Assembly: GCA_951406725.2 (NCBI GenBank)
Contig: OX597818.1
Location: 113,336,001-113,400,000 of the forward strand
Length of the DNA: 64,000 nucleotides
Direction of reading: 5' to 3'
From: Octopus vulgaris
Taxonomy: Eukaryota
Shown: positions 1 through 12,552 of the stretch, piece by piece
How the letters are laid out: each line of letters begins with the position of its first letter
How positions within the stretch are numbered: position 1 is the stretch's first letter
The notes under the pieces: model-generated
The model's database searches: none
The model's input: only the letters and a program-made list of their open reading frames with translations
Told to the model about the DNA's origin: nothing
Position numbers and translations under genes: made by a program

Positions 1-60
1 ATATATATATACATGTATGTATGTATGTATGTATGTATGTATGTATGTACGTATGTATGT
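1..60. repeat. (TA)n/(TATG)n microsatellite
   Basis: Direct reading of tandem TATG units; explains the MYVC ORF at 21-209. Confidence 0.95.
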
Positions 61-1269
61 ATTTATCTGTCTCTGCATGTGTGCATGTATGTATTTGTAT
101 ATATAATGGATGTTATATACGAAGGGTGTGGGAATGTTCGTATGTGCGTGAATGTTTAATTTTAACAATAAATTATGGAGGAGGTCAAAACGAAAGGAAA
201 CGATTTTAATACAAAAAGGAAGCCAACGCCATCACAACCACGATAAAATAATAATGGTGTAAAAAAGTTTCGTTAATTAAACGTTTACAATATGAATCAA
301 TTGCTAAGATGTGATAGCAGTGAATATCAATTTTTCATTAATTCTGCATCATACTTTTATTTTATTTTATTTTTGTTTCGTTCTTCCTTCTCTCTGGAAC
401 TACGTTGCAGTGAAATGATATCTTAAATTAGAGCTATTGGATTTTCGTATTTAGCAGTAATATGGAAATTGAGGTCAACACCCATTGCAGAAATGTTCCT
501 TCGTGTCATTTATCATGCAGATATGATTGTAGTTGTGATAACTATCCAGTTATTTTCCTTAAAAATCTGTTTTCAACTCTAAGTGTTAGCGATTACCAAG
601 GCATTAGCGAAGCGAACCACATGCTATACATACATAATTAGGATGAGCGAATTTTGTGACTGCCAAAATGAATAGATCTCTCTTTTTTCTTAGCTATATC
701 ATTTCTTATGGTATAGTAAAATATGTTGAAGCTACATACACTAAACTTCCCCAATTTGTACCAATAACTATACTGGCATGCTGCTCAGAGATAGAAGCTG
801 AACGAATAAATTGCGGTTTCTTAATGGAATATGGTAGTGAATCTCGAAAAACCTTTCTGACCAAATACACTTAATGTAGTAGCAACTGGCATTAGATTTT
901 TTTCTCTCGTTAGCACATTTCATCCGTGTTTTATGCAACCTTAAGGTCAGTATTCTTTCTTAATTAATATTCACCAAAGTTCAAAGTGTTATTTTGAAGA
1001 GGATAGTTGTTAAATTCTTACGCATACTTAACCCGTTATATTGTTGTAATAAATATCTAATGGAACATTTTACATGTATATTGCTTTGTGGCATATTGAC
1101 ATCATTGTTCATTTGTATCACACGCTCATTACTAACGTAATTATCATGTACAACTAATTATATTAATTCTTCATGAAGAAATATTGTTTGTATCATATCT
1201 TTTGTTCAAAGTCAATAGACACATTTTTCGTTTGTTCAAGCTAAAATTGGGTTAATATATAAGAATCGT

Positions 1270-1480
1270 AAGGCGGGGAACTGTCAGAATCGTTAGCACA
1301 CCCGGCAAAATACTTAGCGGCATTTTCTCTTTACGTTCTGAGTTCAAATGCCGACGGGTTCGAGCTTGCTTTCATCATTTCGGGGTCGATAATTTAAGTA
1401 CTAGTTGAATATTGTTGTCGATTTAATCGACTTATGCCCTTGCCCAAACGTACTGGCCTTGAAATTTGGAAACCATTATT
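1270..1480 (+). mobile_element. Degenerate tRNA-derived SINE, family A
   Basis: aaggcggggaactgtcagaatcgttagcac...gagttcaaat...gctttcatcatttcggggtcgat; diverged from the intact copies at 5592 and 12321. Confidence 0.85.
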
Positions 1481-1750
1481 GATCTCCTTCTTCTACTTCT
1501 TCTTCTTCTCATTCTCCTTCACATTTGATGGGTTTCAGACAAATTTCTAATGCACCATCTGTTGTATTACCATTTTGCTGGGATGTGTGAAGCATTCTGT
1601 GTTCTGCTTTCTAGGATTGAGGAGTGAAAACCTTTCCTGGTGTCGTATTGCGTCAGTTTGTTTTGTTACGGCGCCTTGTGACAATCTTTTGTTATATTAG
1701 TTTCTGTATTGTGTGCTGTGCGTATAATGCGAGCTGTGTTCATGTATTTT

Positions 1751-1759
1751 TATTATTAC

Positions 1760-1820
<61 letters not shown>
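1751..1820. repeat. (ATT)n microsatellite abutting the 3' end of an R4/Dong-like element
   Basis: Tandem ATT units. Confidence 0.95.
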
Positions 1821-2163
1821 TTCTCCTTCTTTCTTCAAATTTTCTTCCGTTTCTCGCCGAGTGTTTTCAATACACCTAGGGCAGAGAAGCTCATTGTGAG
1901 CATTCCCAGATTACACACGCAAATTCACAGGTAAAATATGTATTTAAAAAATTAATGAATAAATAAATTCATGAATGGATATTGTTTCCACAGCGATAAT
2001 GCTCTTCTCAGTACATGAGCCGTTTCAGTTAATACGATTTTTTGCACTTCCTGTAGGGATGGTATAATTTTCAAATAGGTTTCAGTGCCTTTTTTTTTTG
2101 TCAATCCTAGAGATCCTACAATCACTGGTACTGTAGTCGCCTTGAGATGCCACATTTTTTCAA
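1821..2163 (-). mobile_element. 5'-truncated R4/Dong-clade non-LTR retrotransposon (C-terminus of restriction-like endonuclease region plus 3' UTR)
   Basis: Minus strand reads EKMWHLKATTVPVIVGSLG..KKGTETYLKIIPSLQEVQKIVLTETAHVLRRALSL, the typical R4/Dong C-terminus; flanked by (AAT)n/(ATT)n on both sides. Confidence 0.8.
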
Positions 2164-2202
2164 TGATGATGATGATTATTATTATTGTTATTATTATCAT
2201 TA

Positions 2203-2545
2203 TAGATGTCGCAGTGTGCAATATCGTGAGGTCGTTGATTGAAGATATTGTGTCTACCGGGGGTTTGTACTGTCTAAGCCTCAGACAGACAGTACTTTAC
2301 GCAATAAGCGTGCAGTTCCAAGTAATGCCGATTTTCGCAATATGCCTAGATTGCAGGGTATTTCTAAAGTTTCCTGTTGTTTTTCCTTTTTTATGTTATT
2401 ATTTAGATTGGGTGGTAGTCAACTCAATGATCCGATGTTTGACTCTCGTGGCTACCACTTCTCAGTGACCTCAATTCACTATATTTATCAATCTTTTCTC
2501 TCTTCTTCCATGAAAATATGTTGAACACCTAACAATGCCACGTCT
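2203..2545 (-). mobile_element. Second, different R4/Dong-clade fragment (RLE C-terminus, degenerate)
   Basis: Minus strand with frameshifts reads DVAL.G.QHI..EREKIDKYSELR...IGSL...LEIPCNLGILRKSALLGTARLLRKVLSV*; embedded in ATT tracts. Confidence 0.75.
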
Positions 2546-2598
2546 ATTATTATTATTATTATTTTTATTATTATTATCATTATTACTATTATTATTAC

Positions 2599-2643
<45 letters not shown>

Positions 2644-2687
2644 CATCATTATTATTATTATCTGAAACCATTAGTATTATTATCATT

Positions 2688-3297
2688 AAGGTGGCGAGCT
2701 GGCAGAATCGTTAGCACGCCGGGCGAAATGCTTAGCGGTATTTCGTCTGCATTACGTTGTGAGTTCGAATTCCGCCGAGGTCGACTTTGCCTTTCATCCT
2801 TTCGGGGTCGATAAATTAAGTGCCAGTTACGCACTGGGGTCGATATAATCGACTTAATCCGTTTATCTTCCCTTGTTTGTCCCCTCTCTATGTAGCCCCT
2901 TCTGGGCAGTAAACAAATAGGTATTTCGCCCGTCGCTACGATCCGAGTTCAAATTCCGCCGAGGTCGACCTTTCCTTCCATCCTTTCGGGAATTGATAAA
3001 ATAAGTACCAGTCGAGTACTGTGGTCGGTGTAATCGATTTGTCCCCTCTCCCAAATTTTCAGGCTTTGTGCTTTAGTAGAAAGGATTATCATTATTATTA
3101 TTAAAAGGTGGTGAGCTGGCAGAATCGTTCGTACGCTGGGCGAAATGCTTAGTGTTCTGTATTCAATTTCCGCCCAAGTCAACATTGCTTTTCATCCTTT
3201 TGGGGTCGATAAATTAAGTACCAGTGAAACACCTAGGTCAATGTATTCGACTTATCCCCTCCCCCAAAATTTCTGCCTTTGTGGCAAAATTTGAAAC

Positions 3298-3354
<57 letters not shown>

Positions 3355-3390
3355 TTTTATTATCAAAGGTGGCGAGCTGGCAGAAAACGC
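2688..3390 (+). mobile_element. Cluster of family A SINEs (2688-2920, 5'-truncated 2920-3085, 3105-3300, head fragment 3367-3390) interspersed with (ATT)n
   Basis: Repeated ggcgagctggcagaatcgttagcacgccgggcgaaatg head and gtcgactttgcctttcatcctttcggggtcgataaa core. Confidence 0.9.
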
Positions 3391-3406
3391 CACGCATTTC
3401 CCCAAG

Positions 3407-4900
3407 TAAGTTTTATCTTAATGCGACTCTTCTATTATCCTTTTTTCTCTCTTTTCCTCCTATTCTATCCGTCTACTCTTTCGTTTCTCTCTTCCTTTCT
3501 TTTGCCTCCCCTTCTCCCTCTCTCTCTCTCTTTTCTCTCTTATCCTGTCTCCAAATCTTTTCCTCTCTCCTTCACAGTTCTCTGTCTGTCACTCTCTCTC
3601 CCTCACTCTTCCTCCTTTGCTTACGTGGCCCCCATGTGACCACCGGCTATCCTCCCAGCGTGTGTTTCTTTCTTTCTTCCTGCTTCAGTTCGACAGGGAA
3701 GACGCATTGTTCTCTGTCTCCTGTCCAGACTTGTTTCTTCGCGTTCGCCACCACAACTTCGTTTAGGCTTAGCAGCCCTTTCTGTTTGTTTTCACTGTCC
3801 TGTTTCTGTTACCAATTTTGACCCTCCGCAAAATCCCAGAGTTTTATTTATTTTGCTTTGCGGGAGCAACTGTTTTCTCGAAGACGTATCTTGTCGTTAA
3901 TTGCTCGAAATACGGGTTAGAAAAACAGCCAACAACAGATGAAGGGTCGTTTCTTGTGTTGCTTGTCTTGTTTTCCATTTGTTTCTGTCGTTGCTTGGAA
4001 CAAAAGTCCTTCTTCCATGTCTTCGTATTTCATAGTATTTGTTATTTATGTTTTGTGACACCAAATGCAATTGATGTAGGTTCTCTTAGATCGGTAAGAA
4101 TGTTGTTATTAATGTTTCTCTTGGACCTTAGTAATTCAAATATTGTTCGTAAAATATGAGCCAGGAGTGCATATGAGACGGCAGATGATCTTGGGGGGAA
4201 GGTCTTGGAGTCTGAATGGGAATAACAACGAAGATGGGTGAGGAATAATTTGGTGGATAGCGTTAGCACAAGTTCAGTCAGCTTCAACGAGCAAAGGGCA
4301 TGATGGAACTGGTAAGACGTCAGTGCGAAAAGACAGCATGCTTGTAAACCAGAAGCTACCACATCTCTGTCAGTTGGGTGCTGCGTCCAGGATGCAGGTT
4401 AAGATGTCTGTCTATGCAGTATGGTGCGATCTCAGATGTGGAACTCATACACCCAACACTTAGAGAGGAGTTGATACCCTGACTTATATATTCTTTGTCA
4501 AACTCACAGTGCTGGGAGATCTCACATGAAGCTGCTTATCAATAACTCTGCTGATATCGCTGACAACAGCATTAACTTCATTAAATTCCTACAAGACAAG
4601 AACTCAGTGTTGACATAGGAGAGTAAGTCACCAGTTGCTCTGGTAGCAATGGGGATTCAGGAGTGAGACTGAGGCCGCTAATGTGCTTTTAACTTGATGA
4701 GGATACAAGAAATACAATCTTGCATAATCTCCCTGCCACTTACTATTTCGCTGTCACCTGTAATCTTGATAATGAGCTTTGAAAAGTAGATTTCTTAAAC
4801 TCAGGATGCCACGTCTTAATCCATTTACACAGCTACGCGAAACCGCACACTTTATATTCCAAATGTCCAACCCATCATGATAATTACAAGCCACGTGATT
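3407..4900. mobile_element. Penelope-like element remnant (pLTR-like segment ~3630-4030 followed by inverted ORF-derived sequence)
   Basis: 3739-3780 matches an arm of the 11289-11427 hairpin; a decayed hammerhead-like layout lies at 3870-3928 (ctgttttct...gctcgaaa...agaaaaacag); minus ORF 4042-4362 loosely resembles PLE N-terminal regions. Confidence 0.45.
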
Positions 4901-5591
4901 TAAGTGCAGCAGACACCATCCAACAAAAAACCAAAATAGTCATCACCATTTCGCAGTTTTTAATAAAATATTCACTGATATTGCAAAGGTATTTACTGCT
5001 TGATTATACTATTTCTTTTAGTTTTACATGCAATTGTAATTTTTAATTCTTGCTTTTTATTTCAGCAACTTTCACGCTATTATTTTTCTCGTTAACCTGC
5101 ACAATCGGTCAAATGCAGTCACCTTTCGTTCAGACATTTTCTTCGATTTCTAGCTGTCCGAATTAAAACGACTATTTTGGAAATTTTGCAGACACATTTA
5201 TTTCTATCCCATTTTGGTTTTTATTTTGCAACTTTTTTTTTTAATTACTTCAACGATTAGTTAAATATTCCTGCTTCTCCAGCTATAACAGGTAACGTTT
5301 GCAATCATTACCTGACATGTTTTCTATGGCTTTCGTCAATTCTTTCGTATCTTTTCAATTATTTTGTTACATTTTGATTTCTTTGTTTATATAATGCTTC
5401 ACCATCATCATCATCTTCATCATCATTGTCAACATGCAATTCATTATTATGTCCAGCATCGTCTTCGTCGTTGTCATCAATGTATTATAAGTAATAGATT
5501 AGCTATATCTCTTCATACAAAAATTTCTAAAACTTCGAGGTGGATTGCTTCAATTGGATCGATAAAGTATTTAATGTTAATAGTATTCAAC

Positions 5592-5802
5592 AAGGCGGCG
5601 AGCTGGCAGAAAGGTTAGCACGCCGGGCGAAATGCGTAGCCGTATTTCGTCTGCCGCTACGTTCTGAGTTCAAATTCCGCCGAGGTCGACTTTGCCTTTC
5701 ATCCTTTCGGTGTCGATAAATTAAGTACCAGTTACGCACTGGGGTCGATATAATCGACTTAATCCATTTGTCTATCCTTGCTTGTCCACTAATACTAGGT
5801 AT
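5592..5802 (+). mobile_element. Family A SINE with 11-bp target-site duplication
   Basis: Near-consensus body; tagtattcaac at 5581-5591 and 5803-5813. Confidence 0.93.
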
Positions 5803-6059
5803 TAGTATTCAACTGACAGTTTTACCCCCCCCCCCCCACCTAATATAAGAAATACTATAACTAATTAAAAAATATAAATATTATCACAAATTATAAACAA
5901 TATCATTCGATATTTGATAAAACTTAAATTTCTTATTAATTGGAGATGTCCATGCGTAGATTAGATCCCCTAATCTTCATTTAGACATCTCTCTGGAGGA
6001 AAATTCCGAAATAGCTCCCGTCTTTCTGTAAATCCGGAAGAGTTACACTTGTTTGTTTT

Positions 6060-6641
6060 TGGATTAATTGGCTTTGTAGGTGAGATCTTTGGGATTAATT
6101 GGCTTTGTAGATGAGATCTTTGGGATTAATTGGCTTTGTAGGTGAGGTCTTTGGGATTAATTGGATTTGTAGGTGAGGTCTTGGGGATTAATTGGCTTTG
6201 AAGGAGAGGTCTTTGGGATTAATTGGCTTTGTAGGTCAGATCTTTGGGATTAATTGGCTTTGTAGGTGAGATCTTTGGGATTAATTGGCTTTGTAGGTCA
6301 GATCTTTGGGATTAATTGGCTTTGTAGGTGAGGTCTTTGGGATTAATTGGCCTTGTAGGTCAGATCTTTGGGATTAATTGGCTTTGTAGGTGAGGCCTTT
6401 GGGATTAATTGGCTTTGTAGGTGAGATCTTTGGGATTAATTGGCTTTGTAGGTGAGGTCTTTGGGATTAATTGGCTTTGTAGGTGAGGTATTGGGATGAA
6501 TTGGCGTTGTAGGTGAGATCTTTGGGATTAATTGGCTTTGTAGGTGAGGTCTTGGGGATTAATTGGCTTTGTAAGTGAGGTCTTGGGGATTAATTGGCTT
6601 TGTAGGTGAGATCTTTGGGATTAATTGGCTTTGTAGGTAAG
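6060..6641. repeat. 31-bp minisatellite, about 18-19 units (consensus GGGATTAATTGGCTTTGTAGGTGAGATCTTT)
   Basis: Head-to-tail units with 31-bp period, point variants and no unique spacers. Confidence 0.97.
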
Positions 6642-6987
6642 ATTTTAGTGGTGTGTTGCGAGCTGTTATTGCCTTTAAATTTTAGTGCAGGCAGTGCTGA
6701 CAGCCATTGCCTTTGACATCTGGGGTAAGATAATCTCTCATTGATGGTCATACTCGTATACAATCTGACAGCAACCATGTGTGTGTGTGAGTGTGTATGC
6801 ATAGAAATGTATTCGAATAACATTGACGTTTCACCATTACCGTGGCAACATAGTTTGTTCTATTTTCTCTAAGCTAGAAAGGTATGTCAATGGAGGGTTG
6901 AAATCTAAAAGCGGTTGAAAGGCACAAGTTGCAGATATCTAGGTGGTTAAAAAGTGTCGGTAGAAAGGCACCTAACGTATATGTATA

Positions 6988-7322
6988 TACGGCGGGCTTT
7001 CAGTTTCTGCCTACCATCCGTTGATAAGACTTTGGCCGGCCCGAGGCTGTAGCAGAAGACACTTGCCCAGAATGTCAGACAATCCGGAAGAGTTACACTT
7101 GTTTGTTTTTGGATTAATTGGCTTTGTAGGTGAGATGTTTGGGATTAATTGGCTTCGTAGATGAGATCTTTGGGATTAATTGGCTTTGTAGGTAAGGTCT
7201 TGGGGATTAATTGGATTTGTAGGTGAGGTATTGGGGATTAATTGGCTTTGTAGGTCAGATCTTTGTAGGTCAGATCCATGTGGCTGGTTATCAAGCTACT
7301 TACCAAACAGCCACTCCTGCAT
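6988..7322 (-). mobile_element. 5' half of a family B SINE interrupted by a templated minisatellite insertion
   Basis: cggcgggctttcagttt...agaagacacttgccc [insert 7081-7275] ccatgtggctgg..caagctacttacc..cagccactcctgc. Confidence 0.85.
7081..7275. repeat. Copy of 6031-6060 plus about 5 minisatellite units
   Basis: 7081-7110 is identical to 6031-6060; unit variants occur in the same order as in the first array. Confidence 0.93.
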
Positions 7323-7529
7323 CTCTATATATTTATATTTTGTATATAATGTACAAGTCGCATTGGCTGGTTTTCAAAGATCGTACTCCTTCGGACCCAA
7401 ATCTCTAATGGAGTCGTAAGGGCGCCGCTGTGACGCCAGCTAAACCATTCCTCATCGGATCTTAACACCTAACGTTACATGACATTGCCTTTGTCTACAA
7501 ATGTAGTTGGAAATCATAATCTCACAACA

Positions 7530-7865
7530 GGCGCAGACGTGGCTGTGTGTTAAGAAGCTTGCTTCCCAACCATAGAGTTCCGGGTTCAGATCTACTGAGT
7601 AGAAACTTGGACGAGTGTCCTTTACTATAGTCTCGGACGGCCAAAGCCAATGAAAACTGAAAGAAGCCCCCAGTGTGTGTGTATCTGTGTCATGTGTTTG
7701 TCCCACACTACTGCTTGACAACCGGTGCAGGTGTGTTTACGTCTCCGTAACTTAGCAGTTCGGCAAAAGAAAACAATTAAATTTCTGGGAGTGATTTGTT
7801 CGCCTAGATCCCTTTAAGCCGTTGCCCCAACATGGCCGCAGTCAAATGAATGAAAAATAAACGAG
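7530..7865 (+). mobile_element. Family B tRNA-derived SINE (internal microsatellite)
   Basis: gtggctgtgtg.taagaagcttgcttcccaacca...ccgggttcag...gaaactgaaagaagccc...cttgacaaccg...catggccgcagtcaaatga. Confidence 0.88.
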
Positions 7866-9122
7866 AAAAGATAATTTCAAATTTCATGATGGACACATTG
7901 CTTAATTACCATTAATTATTTTTTGGTGATGTTGTTAACAACTAAGTTATTGTGCTACCAAATTCTGTTTGTGAATAACTTCAGGACACATCGTACTATC
8001 TGATATTATTACAGAAAACACAAAATGCAAGGGAAATTCCTTATCCGTTTTAAGATATTGTGGATATACATCTCTCACTATGTTTAGTAGTTATTGTATT
8101 TTCTATACGGCAAATGATGTTACTACATACGTCGCATTATTCAGGCTGAATTTGTTTATCTTGACCGAAGTGTGTTGTTCTTTATTAGGATGTTTGCATA
8201 AGAGTTGGCCATGGAAGGGCATGTTCTTATTGACGTAGACTATGTTCGTATTATTTGCAATCACTTCATCCGTTTTTGCTGTTACCTTGAGCAAAGGGTT
8301 TAGTTATCCGGAATCCAATCTAATTTATCCAGTGATAATCGATTCTGTTTGATGACACCCAACAAAGATATGTATTGAGTAACATTGATAATTGCATTCT
8401 TATACTTCTTCCTCACACAATAGGCCCCTAGCATCTTCCCATCATTTCAATGTTTGAATTGAACGTTCCTGTTAAAAATGTGTTATTTTTAGATTTCAAG
8501 TGTTACCATATATCTCAAATGTAGCCTAGAATTGTTATGTATCTGTCAAATACTAAATTATGAAAGGTTATTAGCAACATTTCAAATATACCGATCTGAG
8601 TTCCATTTTTTCGTATTTAGATTAATTTAAGCATTTTGATTTTTTCCTTCGTCTTTGTACTGCTTTCACGCATATTCTATTTTCATCTATATTTAATTTT
8701 CTATATAGAGGGAAAATTATTTGGCTCCTATAGAAGCCACCTTGCATATTGTTGCGCATATTTTCAAGAACGATCAAAATATATACAACTCAACTATTAC
8801 AGTTGATCAAATTAATTGTCACCTACAAAATACGTTAAGTTTAACACTGTTCTCATAACAACTAATTTTCCTTGTGTATCTTCACGGCGAAATATGTTGC
8901 CATGGTGCCATGTATATGCAGTGTTTCTTTAGTTTGTGTTTGTTTAGTTTCTGTTCCATTAGCGTACACTGTGCTTTAATGGTGTGTTCTACGGAACTGA
9001 AAAGCCACATTGTGCTGTCCACGGACAATACATTGAAGGCTTTCTTCAAGATCGATTTCCAGCCATTTCATATGAATGAGCTAATATATGTATGTATGTG
9101 TGTGTTTGTGTATGTGTGAGTA

Positions 9123-9159
<37 letters not shown>

Positions 9160-9192
9160 TGCATCAGTCTATGTATATGTATTACTATCATT

Positions 9193-9625
9193 ATTCAGTT
9201 TTATTTCACACTTTCTTGCCAACAGAGAAAGAGCCGGTTTCTAATCCAGATCCAAGATTCCTTCATTGAAATTTCAACATCAACAGTTCGGTGGTTGGTA
9301 TAGCTTTTAATTCCAAAGTTGGAAGCTAGAGCATCCAGGATCTTCCATATCTATATTACTACATATCTTTCTCGCCTTCTCTCCAAGGGGAGAGCTTCAG
9401 CTTTTGTAGCCTCTCCCAGTAACTCATCTGTTTCAACGACGAGTCAATCTACTTTATGTAGTGGCGCTGGATTGACCCAAGTTTTGCCACTTATAACAAC
9501 CACATCTGGGAGCAGTAATATAGCTGATTTAGGATGAAGGTCCAACATAGGAGTGGCAAGGTATCCTTGTTTCTGGTCCTGAATGACCTAAGGATCAATC
9601 TAGCTACTCGCTGTGCTCTCTTAAC
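9193..9625 (-). mobile_element. CR1-group LINE 3' fragment (RT C-terminal region, degenerate)
   Basis: Minus strand: LILRSFRTRNK...YCSQMW...IQRHY...MSYWERLQKLKL.(S)LERRRERY.V..IWKIL...NFGI, typical of CR1-group ORF2 C-termini. Confidence 0.8.
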
Positions 9626-9696
9626 TAATGATACTTTATCATTTAAATATGTATACTCCGTTCTGCGTGCGTATTTATGTATATATGTATGTATAT

Positions 9697-9910
9697 TGGT
9701 TTCAGATTTGGGTACATGGCCAGCAATTTCTAAGGGAGAGTTAGTCGATGGCGTGAACCCTAATGCTCAAATAGTGCTTGTTTTATCGACCCCGAGAAGG
9801 GCAAATGTAAAGTAGTCTTCGACAGAATTTGAACTCAGAATGTAAGGTCGGACGAATTGGAGCTTAACACTTTGTTCGACATGCTAACGATATTCCTAGC
9901 TCTCTGCCTT
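9697..9910 (-). mobile_element. Degenerate family A SINE
   Basis: ttttatcgaccccgagaagg...gaatttgaactcagaa...tgctaacga...gcctt is the reverse complement of family A. Confidence 0.75.
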
Positions 9911-11142
9911 GTATGTATAATAAATAGTAATAAAATCCATGAGAGTTAGTGAAATTAGGAAAGTACCTCACTTAGTGACATAGAATATTTCGTTACAATC
10001 CTTTATATTCTCTCATAACAAAACAACAACACTTCTTCTTTGGGGACCACTTGCTGCTAATACTCACGAAGGGAATTTTAAAAAAAAGCATAACCTTCAC
10101 TTACTACAGATGAAATAATCGTGTACGTCCTTCCTCAAACCCACCGTAGACACGAGGCCACAATAGAATATATATGACACTATGACTAACTTATATATCA
10201 ATTGCGGTATTATCGCAAGTTTAAAAAATATATTTCATCGTTAATCCTCATAGCATGATATTCACTACACATTTTTATAACATCTCCATTTATGTGGCAA
10301 TAAAAAATACTTTAGTCGTCATGATATATTGCATATCAAGTCAAATTAATGCATATAGCTTTGCAGTAGGAAACAAGGAATTATTAATCACATTGCTCCG
10401 GATTTTTCTTTTATTCCTTACCTACCACCTTTCCTTTCATACACATTTTCCTGGTAAATCTTCATTTCATTTATATATTTTCTTTTATTCCTTCATTCGA
10501 ACATGTTGTTTTGTTTTTATTTTTCCTTACTGTCTTCTTCATTTCCTCCATATTTGCTCTTTCGTTTCTTTATTTTTCCAGAAACTCATTTTTTTTTTCG
10601 GATTCTACATATCTTATTGTCTTTTCATCCTTTAATTCCTCTCCCCCACCAATACAACACCTCCTTTCCTCTCTTCTATCTTCCATTCGTTTATTCTTCT
10701 TTCTGTATTTACTATAGCCACAGTTTTTATCGCTGATGTCTTACTACTCTCATTGTCAATGCTTGTTTCATTGAGGAAAATGTTAATATATTTACCGTTG
10801 TAGAGTCACTGCTGCTATTGAAGTTGTGGTTGTAATTGTCGATGAAAGATTGCTAACATTATAATATAACTAATAATACTACTGCTCTGTCTTATTGCAA
10901 TGCTCATATTACTACCAGAACTGCTGCTGCTGCTGACATTGCTCTTCTTCCTTCACCTGTCTACTTATGTTCGTTTCTATTTTCTTTATTTCGTTACATC
11001 TTCTTTTGCAGATCTTCTCTCGTTTAACTCCACCACCACTACGCAGTTTCTTCAACCTTCATAGATTTCGTCATTATCTTTGTCCTCTAAAACCAGCTTT
11101 TTATTACGCACATATGCACAGCCCTACATTTTATATACATAT

Positions 11143-11202
<60 letters not shown>

Positions 11203-11288
11203 TGTGTGTGTGTGTGCGTGTGCATATACACACACACTAATACAAACACGTACAGACGTACATACATATATGTATGTATATACATGTA

Positions 11289-11427
11289 TGTAAGGGCTGC
11301 TAAGAATGAACGAGGTGGTGGTGGCGAACGCGTGAATCAAGCTAGGACAGGAGACAAACAAGAACACGTCCTAGCTTGATTCACGCGTTCGCCACCACAA
11401 CCTCGTTCATGCTTAGCAGCCCTTACA
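11289..11427. repeat. Long inverted repeat (60-bp arms, 19-nt spacer) within a TA/TG microsatellite; PLE-related
   Basis: tgtaagggctgctaag...gctaggac / gtcctagc...gcagcccttaca with 2 mismatches. Confidence 0.95.
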
Positions 11428-11428
11428 A

Positions 11429-11468
<40 letters not shown>

Positions 11469-11487
11469 AGAGAGAGAGAGAGAGAGG

Positions 11488-11518
<31 letters not shown>

Positions 11519-11769
11519 GGAAAAAGAGAGAGAGAGAGAGAGAGTTATCACGTGCTAAGGCCATCTCTATAGATTTTATATTGAAACTGTAGCCAGCACG
11601 GATCTTGTTACGACGTTTCTCATCCGGTACGGCAAACGTAAACAAGCGATGAGATGGAAGACGAAAATGAAGACTGAGTTTGTTGGATAATTAATGGGTT
11701 AGACGGGTGCAGATGAAGGCGCAAAAAACTTCAGAGATATGAGAAAAACGCCCGCTAACCATTTTGGTA

Positions 11770-12155
11770 ATTGGGGGCTATCTCACCCCCATTAAAAAAA
11801 ATTGGGTTATCTCCCCGGGTTTTACGAGAAATATCGGTACTTTTGGCTATCTCCTTCAACTAAAAAAAAATGGTTAACCCTCAATAAAACAAACAAAAAA
11901 TGAAAAAAATTAATAAAGATAAAAAGTGAAAAGATGAAATATCGTTTTGAACCCGATAATAATTTTATAGCAAATTATACCATTCCTATTGAGGAGGACA
12001 AACTTCAACAATGCATTGAAGGATTGAATCAAAAAGGATCTAACTCTTTTAATGCAATATCTTGTTGCTACAGTAACTCGATTTTTTAGAGGGGAGATAA
12101 CCCAATTTTTTAATGGCAATTTTTAATGGGGGTGAAGTAACCAAAAAGTACCCCC
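11770..12155. mobile_element. MITE/fold-back-like element with subterminal inverted repeats
   Basis: tcacccccattaaaaaaaattgggttatctcccc (11783-11816) is mirrored by ggggagataacccaatttttt..tttttaatgggggtga (12091-12135); ggtacttttgg is mirrored by ccaaaaagtacc. Confidence 0.5.
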
Positions 12156-12320
12156 ATTTTTTCATCTTTCATTTCATTGTTTGTTTCCATCTGATGTCGC
12201 GAGTACGAAATGTTGTAACAAAATCAACGCTGGCTATTATTTCTGTAGAAAATCTGTAGAGATGACCTGAACACGTGATTTAAGGGCACTGCTAACACAG
12301 AGGTACACGGTATTGTCTTT

Positions 12321-12552
12321 AAGGCGGCGAGCTGGCAGAAACGTTAGCACGCCGGGCGAAATGCTTAGCGGTATTTCGTCTGCGTTACGTTGTGAGTTCA
12401 AATTCCGCCGAGGTCGACTTTGCCTTTCATCCTTTCGGGGTCGATAAATTAAGTACCAGTTACGAACTGGGGTCGATGTAATCAAATTAATACCTATGTC
12501 TGTCCTTGTTTGTCCCCTCTGTGTTTAGCCCCTTGTGGGTAATAAAGAAATA
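12321..12552 (+). mobile_element. Full-length family A SINE with 11-bp TSD
   Basis: ggtattgtctt at 12309-12319 and 12553-12563. Confidence 0.95.

Noticed and set aside
6060-6641. CRISPR array
   Set aside because: Units are contiguous with no unique spacers, there are no cas genes, and the context is eukaryotic.
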